Positions 58,278-64,000 of a stretch of 64,000 nucleotides of DNA are shown piece by piece; the first letter of the stretch is position 1; each line of letters begins with the position of its first letter. The notes beneath the pieces were generated by a model that did not search any database, was not told where the DNA came from, and was given only the letters and a program-made list of their open reading frames with translations. Location of the stretch: the NCBI GenBank assembly GCA_963804645.1, contig CAWDRG010000009.1, forward strand, positions 1,056,001 to 1,120,000, written 5' to 3'. The stretch is from an uncultured Bacillota bacterium (GTDB lineage Bacteria; Sysuimicrobiota; Sysuimicrobiia; Sysuimicrobiales; Segetimicrobiaceae). The position numbers and the translations under genes are program-made.

Positions 58278-59429
58278 ATGAATCCGGCATCGGTGGATCT
58301 TCGCGATAAAACGGCGATCGTGGGCATCGGAGCGACGAAGTTCGACGCGATGTACCGGGATCTCGATCCGGAACGGTCCCCGTACGAGCTCGCCGCGGAG
58401 GCGTTCCGGAAGGCGCTCGAGGACTCGGGGTTGGAGAAGCGGGAGATCGATGGGCTGATCTGCGTGCGCGTCCCCTCGTACCAGCGCATGGCCGACGTGC
58501 TGGGCCTGCCGCGGCTCCGTCTCGTCAACGTGCTCGAAGGCGCCGGCCGGATGGCCGGGGCGGCCCTGCAGTACGCGGTGATGGCGGTCGCGACGGGCCA
58601 GGCCCAGACCGTCGCAGTCGTGTACGGGAACAACGGGCGCTCTGCGGGCGCGCGCTACGGCGGCGCCGTCGATCCGAACGCGACGACCGCATACGACGCG
58701 ATGTACGGAATGACGTCGCCGGGCGCGTACGTGGCGATGATGTTCCGGCGCCACCAGTACGAATACGGTACGACCGAGGACGCGCTGGCGGCGCTCGCGA
58801 TCAACAACCGCAAGAACGGCGCCTTGAACCCCGATGCGGTCTTTCAGAAGCCGATCACGCGCGACGAGTACTTCGCGGGGCGCTACGTGGCGGAGCCGCT
58901 CAGGCTCTACGACTACTGCCTGATCAACGACGGCGGGGTGGCCTTCATCGTGACCTCCGCCGACCGCGCCAAGGGGCTGCGGCACCCGCCGGCGTACATC
59001 GCGGCGACATACGCGGCGACCGAGCTGACCAACTTCTACACGGTGCGGGACTGCTTCTACGGCGCGTGCCAGGACATCGCGCAGCGACTCTACCCGGCGG
59101 CCGGCGTCGGGCCCCGCGACATCGACTGCGCGCAGATCTACGACAATTTCACGCCGACGATACTGTTCAGCCTGGAGGGGTTCGGGTTCTGCCCGCGCGG
59201 GGAAAGCGGCGCGTGGGTGCAGGGCGGCCGGATTGAGCGGGGCGGGGAGCTACCGATCAACACCGGCGGCGGCCACACGTCCGAGAGCTACATGCAGGGG
59301 TTCGCGCTGACGATCGAGGCCGTGCGGCAGATTCGGGGCGAGGCAGGCCCCCGTCAGGTGGCGAACTGCGAGGTCGTCCAGTACATCTGCGTCGCGCCGA
59401 TCTGCAACTCGCACATCCTGCACCGGTAG
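58278..59429 (+). CDS. Thiolase-fold protein, Ltp2/SCPx-like, lacking the N-terminal catalytic Cys (probable aldolase)
   Basis: AIVGIG, NPDA, PLRLYDYC..NDGG, QIYDNF, LEGFGFC, PINTGGGH.SESY, EAVRQIRGEA; adjacent DUF35 gene. Confidence 0.88.
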   Translation: MNPASVDLRDKTAIVGIGATKFDAMYRDLDPERSPYELAAEAFRKALEDSGLEKREIDGLICVRVPSYQRMADVLGLPRLRLVNVLEGAGRMAGAALQYAVMAVATGQAQTVAVVYGNNGRSAGARYGGAVDPNATTAYDAMYGMTSPGAYVAMMFRRHQYEYGTTEDALAALAINNRKNGALNPDAVFQKPITRDEYFAGRYVAEPLRLYDYCLINDGGVAFIVTSADRAKGLRHPPAYIAATYAATELTNFYTVRDCFYGACQDIAQRLYPAAGVGPRDIDCAQIYDNFTPTILFSLEGFGFCPRGESGAWVQGGRIERGGELPINTGGGHTSESYMQGFALTIEAVRQIRGEAGPRQVANCEVVQYICVAPICNSHILHR

Positions 59430-59447
59430 CGGCCAAAGGAGCGGAGC

Positions 59448-59861
59448 ATGGACACGCCGGCCTACTCGAAACCACTACCCGTGTTGACGAAGCTGAACGC
59501 GCCGTTCTGGGAAGGGACGAAGCGCGGCGAGCTCCGGCTCCAGCGCTGCCTGGCGTGCGGGCACGTCTGGTTTCCCCCGTCCACGCACTGCGCGCGGTGT
59601 CTCGCCACGACCTACGAGTGGATAACGGTCTCGGGCCGGGGCAAGGTCTGGTCGTGGATCGTGATGCACCAGCGGTATTTCAAGGCGTTTGATGCCGACC
59701 TGCCGTACATCGTCGCGATGATCGAGCTCGCGGAAGGCCCGATGCTGATGAGCACGCTCGTCGGCATTTCGAAGGCGGAGATTCACTGCGATCTTCCAGT
59801 CAGGGTCGTCTTCGAAGACGCGACGGACGATATGGCCGTGCCGAAATTCACCTCGGGATAG
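59448..59861 (+). CDS. DUF35 Zn-ribbon/OB-fold protein (ChsH2-like)
   Basis: PFWEG, QRCLACG..FPP..CARC, SGRGKVWSW, PY.VA.IELAEGP. Confidence 0.92.
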   Translation: MDTPAYSKPLPVLTKLNAPFWEGTKRGELRLQRCLACGHVWFPPSTHCARCLATTYEWITVSGRGKVWSWIVMHQRYFKAFDADLPYIVAMIELAEGPMLMSTLVGISKAEIHCDLPVRVVFEDATDDMAVPKFTSG

Positions 59862-59872
59862 GGCGCGCTCCG

Positions 59873-61081
59873 ATGACGGCGCTGCTTCCACTTGACGATC
59901 TTGTCGTGCTCGAGACGGGTGAGGGGATCGCGTCGGCCTATGCCGGAAAGCTGCTGGCCGAGGTCGGGGCGACCGTGATCCGGGTGGAGCCGCCGGGCGG
60001 CGGTCCGTTCTTCCAGTCGGCTCCGCTGGTGGGCCGCGACGGCGGGACGCGGGTGGGCGCGCCGTACCTGCACCTGAACCGCGGCAAGCAGAGTGTGGGG
60101 CTCGATCTCCACGGCGCCGGAGGGCCGGAGGCCTTCGGCCGGTTGGCCGCCACCGCGGATGTGCTGCTCGACGGGCTCGGGGTGCGCCCGCTCGCCGAGC
60201 TCGGGCAGTCCCACGAGGCGCTGTGCCGGCGGCATCCCGGGCTCATCGTGGCCGCGATCACGCCGTTCGGCCTGACCGGCCCGTACCGCGATCTCGCAGT
60301 CTCCGACTTCGTGCTCCTGGCGCTCGGCGGCCTGCTGAATATGATCGGGTACCCGACCCGCGAGCCGCTGCAGCTTGGGGGCGCCCAAGTCCAGTACGCG
60401 GGCGGGATCAGCGCGTTTACGGCCCTGATGGCGGCGATTCTGTATCGGATCGCTACCGGGATCGCTCGGCGCACGGGCAGCTCATCGACGTGTCGCTGCT
60501 CGAGTCCGTCGCCTACATAGAATGGAAGAGCGGGGCGTACTTCGACACGGACGGCCGGGTGCGGCGCCGCGGGTCGGACTCCGAGTGGGTGGTGCTGCCC
60601 GCCCGCGACGGCCACATCGGGCTCGTGTATCAGGCTGAGGACTGGGCGGCCCTGAAGGCCTTCCTGCAGCTCGACGGCCTGGAAGACGAGCGATTTGCGA
60701 CGCGGCGCAGCCGGACCGCGCACGCGCGCGAGCTGCAGGCGATCGTGGCGCCGTGGTTTGCGGCGCGGACGAAATCCGAGATCTACCACGAAGGGCAGGC
60801 GCGCGGCGTCCCGCTCGGATACGTTGCGACGATCAGCGACCTGCTCGCCTCGGAGCAGTACGCCGCGCACGGGTTCTGGCAGACCTGGACTATCCCGGGA
60901 TCGGGCCGGCCGCGTACACGGGTCTGCCGTATCGGGCGGCCTGGGCGCCGGTGCCGCGGCGCGCGCCGGTGCCAGGGGAGCACACGCGGGAAATTCTCGA
61001 AGAACGCGCGGGCTACTGGCCGACGAGCTCGACCGCCTGCAGCATGCCGGGACGATCGCGCCGGCGCCGGCCGGCGAATGA
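59873..61081 (+). CDS. CaiB/BaiF (family III) CoA-transferase subunit, frameshifted in this sequence
   Basis: GKLLAEVGATVIRVEPP, LNRGKQS, ITPFGLTGPY, GQLIDVSLLE, PVPGEHTREIL; frame breaks near 60460, 60890 and 61020. Confidence 0.8.
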
Positions 61082-61914
61082 CCGCGCCGGGCTACGGACA
61101 GCTCGTGCTCTTCGAGCGGCACGACGGGGTCGGCCGCATCACCTTGAACCGGCCCGAGAAGCGCAACGCGCTGAGCCGGGCGCTGCAGGAAGAGCTACGG
61201 GCGGCGCTCGATGCGGCGCGCGCCGACTGCCGGGTGCTGGTGCTGACGGGCGCCGGGCCCGCGTTCTGCGCGGGGGTGGATCTCTCCGAACGGCGCGAGA
61301 CGTCCGGCACGACGCGGGTCGCCGCGAGGCGAGCGGCGTCCGGGACGCGGCGCGAGCCGATGCGCGCGATGTGGGTGGAGACGAACGAGGTGATTCGGAG
61401 GCACCCGGCGATCATGATCGCCGCGGTGAACGGGTTCGCGCTTGGGGGCGGGCTGACGCTGGTGCACAACTGCGAGCTGGCGGTCGCGTCCGAACGGGCG
61501 GAGTTCGGCATGCCGGAGGTCGGGTTCGGGATCTTTCCCGCGGTGTCGGGGCCGGCGACGATCCGGCGGCTGCGGCCGAAGCACGCCGCGCACATGATTC
61601 TGACGGCGCGGCGGGTCGACGCTCCGACGGCGGAGCGATGGGGCTTGGTCAATGCGGTCGTGCCCCACGAGCGGCTGCTGGAGGAGGCGGAGGGGCTGGC
61701 GCGGCACATCGCGCAGTTCGATCCGGTGGTGCTGGACTACAGCAAGAAGGCGATGCGGGATCTCGCCCTGATGCCGTGGAGCGAGGGGATCGGGTACGGC
61801 AGGTACGTCAACAGCGCGATCCGGGAGCACTCGCAGGCGTCGCGGGAGGGTGTCGACCGCTTCCTGCGCGGGCAGCGGAATCCTGGCCAGGGCACCGACG
61901 CCGGGGGCCGATAA
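61078..61914 (+). CDS. Enoyl-CoA hydratase/isomerase (crotonase)
   Basis: ITLNRPEKRNAL, AFCAGVDL, AVNGFALGGG, FGMPEV, WGLVN. Confidence 0.92.
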   Translation: MTAPGYGQLVLFERHDGVGRITLNRPEKRNALSRALQEELRAALDAARADCRVLVLTGAGPAFCAGVDLSERRETSGTTRVAARRAASGTRREPMRAMWVETNEVIRRHPAIMIAAVNGFALGGGLTLVHNCELAVASERAEFGMPEVGFGIFPAVSGPATIRRLRPKHAAHMILTARRVDAPTAERWGLVNAVVPHERLLEEAEGLARHIAQFDPVVLDYSKKAMRDLALMPWSEGIGYGRYVNSAIREHSQASREGVDRFLRGQRNPGQGTDAGGR

Positions 61915-61925
61915 TGGAGGGATCG

Positions 61926-63249
61926 ATGGGGCGCGACAGGACGCGGCGCGGCTGGGCCGTTCGGCGGGGACGCGCTGCGGGGACTGCGGATCGCCGACCT
62001 GACGATCATCACGGCCGGCCCGAACGCCACGCAGATGCTCGCGGATCTCGGGGCCGAAGTCGTGAAGGTGGAGTCCGGCCAGCACCCGGATCCATTTCGG
62101 TTCTGGCACGCCCCGTTGGGGAGCGCCGCCGAGGCGGCCCCGGATCCGTGGAACTGGTCCTGTATGTTCAACATGCTCAACCGGAACAAGCTCGGCGTGG
62201 TGCTCGACCTGAAGCACCCGCTCGGCAAGGAGGCGTTTCTCCGGCTCGTCAAGGTGAGTGACGCCGTCACGGAAAACTTCCGGCAGGGCGTGATGGACCG
62301 GCTCGGCCTCGGCTTCGACGACTCCGCCGGGTCAATCCGCGGATCATCCTATTGTCGGTCGGAAGCCAGGGAGTACCGGTCCCGAGCACGGGTACCGGTC
62401 GTACGGGTCGACGCTCGACGCGCTGTCGGGGCTGATGAGCCTGACCGGGTACGAGGATTCGCCCCCGGTATGGTCCGGGCAGGGCATGAACTATCCCGAC
62501 CAGGTCGCATCGATGTTCAGCGCCGGACTGTTGCTGGCCGCGGTGCGCTATCGCGACCGCACCGGGCAGGGATGCTTCCTCGACGTGTCGCAGCGCGAGC
62601 TCGTAACGACGATGATCGGCGAGTACGTCCTGGAAACCACCATCAGCGGCACAACGCCGCGGCCGCGCGGCAACCGCCGTCCGGGGATGGTGCCCCAGGG
62701 ATGCTTCCCGTGCGCGGGCGAGGATGCGTGGGTGGCGATCAGCGTGGAGACCGACGCGCAGTGGCGGGCCCTGTGCGAGGCGATCGGACGCCCGGACTCG
62801 GCGACCGACGATCGCTACCGGACGGCGGCCGCCCGGCGCGCCACACCGAAGAGCTGGAACAGGCGATCGCAGCGTGGACGCGGTAGCGGTCCAAGCACGA
62901 GGCGATGCAGCGCCTTCAGGCCGCGGGGGTGCCCGCCGGCGCGGTGCAGTCGGGCCGCGACATGCTCGAGGATCCGCAGTTGGTGAGCCGCGGGTACTAT
63001 GTGACCGCGCACAACGTGTAGGCGGGCCCGCAGCGGCTCCGGGTGGCGCCCTACCGGATGACGGCGACCCCTCCCGCGATGACCCGCGCGGCGCCGACCT
63101 TGGGACAGGACACCACTACCGTGCTGCGCGACCTACTGGGGTATTCGCCCGACGAGATCACAGAAATGGAGCGGTTGGGCGTGACCACCGTGGGGGCGAG
63201 TCCGGGGAGGCGCTCCCGAACTGCGCGTACCGCACCGGCGTCGAGTTAA
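61926..63249 (+). CDS. CaiB/BaiF CoA-transferase subunit, frameshifted and with internal stops in this sequence
   Basis: LRGLRIADLT..AGP, LADLGAEVVKVE, LNRNKLG, ENFRQG, NYPDQ, DVSQRE, APTLGQDT; GGAGG RBS. Confidence 0.8.
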
Positions 63250-63366
63250 CCATCCCCGGCGATCCGCACGCGCCCGCGAGCCCGGGCGGCGCGGCATCGA
63301 GCTGGGTCGTGCGTGGTGCGTCGATGACGCACCATCCGTTCTGACAGCCGTGGGAGGCGATTCTCG

Positions 63367-64000
63367 ATGACTAGTTCGGCAGCGTCACGCACGCGGCATG
63401 GGCGCTACACTCGGCGGTGGATCCTGCGCGCCGGCGCGGCCGCGGCGGTGGGTCTTGCGGGCGGTCCGGCATTTGCGCCCGATCGGGCGACGGCGGCGGG
63501 CGTAAAGCGTGGCGGCGTCTACTCGGGGTCGCTGGATGCGGATCCGGCGAGCCTGGATCCCTACACGACCGCCAGTGAGGGCGTGGCGGAGTTCGCCTGC
63601 TATTCGTACAGCCGGTTGTTCATGCTGAAGTCCGGCCCAGGGACCGTCAAAGGATCGATCGCCGTTGTGCCGGACGCGGCCGCATCGTACCGGGTCTCGA
63701 AGGACGGACTGACCTACGTGGTGCAGCTCAAGAGCAACGTCCGGTTCCACGCGCCGCTTGACCGCACGATGACCGCTGACGACGTGGTGTTCTCGTGGGA
63801 CCGCATGAACGGCCGAGTGAAGGGGACCAGCCCGAGCATCCGGCTCACGAACCTCAACATGGTGGAGTCTGTCACGGCCATTGGTCCGCTGACGGTGGTC
63901 TTTCTCCTGAAGACGCCGTATCCGTTTTTCACGGGGCGTTTGGCGGATCCGAAGGGGCTTGTGATTTTGCCGAAGGAGGCCTGGACCACGTTCAACCCCA
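63367..64000 (+). CDS. Family-5 ABC substrate-binding protein with Tat signal (runs off the window)
   Basis: Open frame from ATG 63367: TRRWILRAGAAAA, KRGG, DPASLDP, YSRL, SKDGLTY, VRFH..MTADDVVFSW. Confidence 0.88.
   Translation, partial: MTSSAASRTRHGRYTRRWILRAGAAAAVGLAGGPAFAPDRATAAGVKRGGVYSGSLDADPASLDPYTTASEGVAEFACYSYSRLFMLKSGPGTVKGSIAVVPDAAASYRVSKDGLTYVVQLKSNVRFHAPLDRTMTADDVVFSWDRMNGRVKGTSPSIRLTNLNMVESVTAIGPLTVVFLLKTPYPFFTGRLADPKGLVILPKEAWTTFNP

Overview
This is a very GC-rich bacterial chromosomal segment. The gene content suggests a soil Terrabacteria-type organism, possibly from a metagenome assembly, but that is inference only. Positions 1-41 kb are mostly intact housekeeping and metabolic genes: the end of a PotA/PotC-like ABC operon; a frameshifted secreted protein with a 45-bp tandem repeat; two M20 hydrolases; a J-domain protein; a secreted coiled-coil protein; an amidase with a small partner; an LLM/F420 oxidoreductase; a gntK-tkt-tal-gnd-zwf pentose-phosphate cluster; a DUF3830-like pair; hisC; a divergent XRE pair with a cI/cro-like control region; an LD-carboxypeptidase; a Liv-type ABC operon; a Usp; a prkA(yeaG)-yeaH-spoVR operon behind a near-consensus promoter and a leader that can fold as terminator or antiterminator; and a LysM-NlpC/P60 gene. 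Positions 41-64 kb form a large catabolic island: a variant DRE-TIM enzyme, TauT-type ABC, ICL/PEP-mutase, CapA-like protein, two crotonases, a 2-hydroxyacid dehydrogenase, two MmgE/PrpD proteins, an Ltp2-like thiolase with DUF35, two CaiB CoA-transferases and a Tat-exported SBP. The island is interrupted by a nested IS110 fragment and DUF6788-serine-recombinase element. Several C-depleted or poly-G tracts (42.4-43.5, 53.1-53.6, 54.4-55.5, 56.9-58.2 kb) look like sequencing or assembly error, so frameshifts in that half should not be read as real pseudogenes. The best novelty candidates are the prkA leader RNA switch, the catabolic island, the XRE switch and the DUF6788-recombinase element. 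No rRNA, tRNA or CRISPR array was seen. All family calls come from motif recognition; no searches were run.
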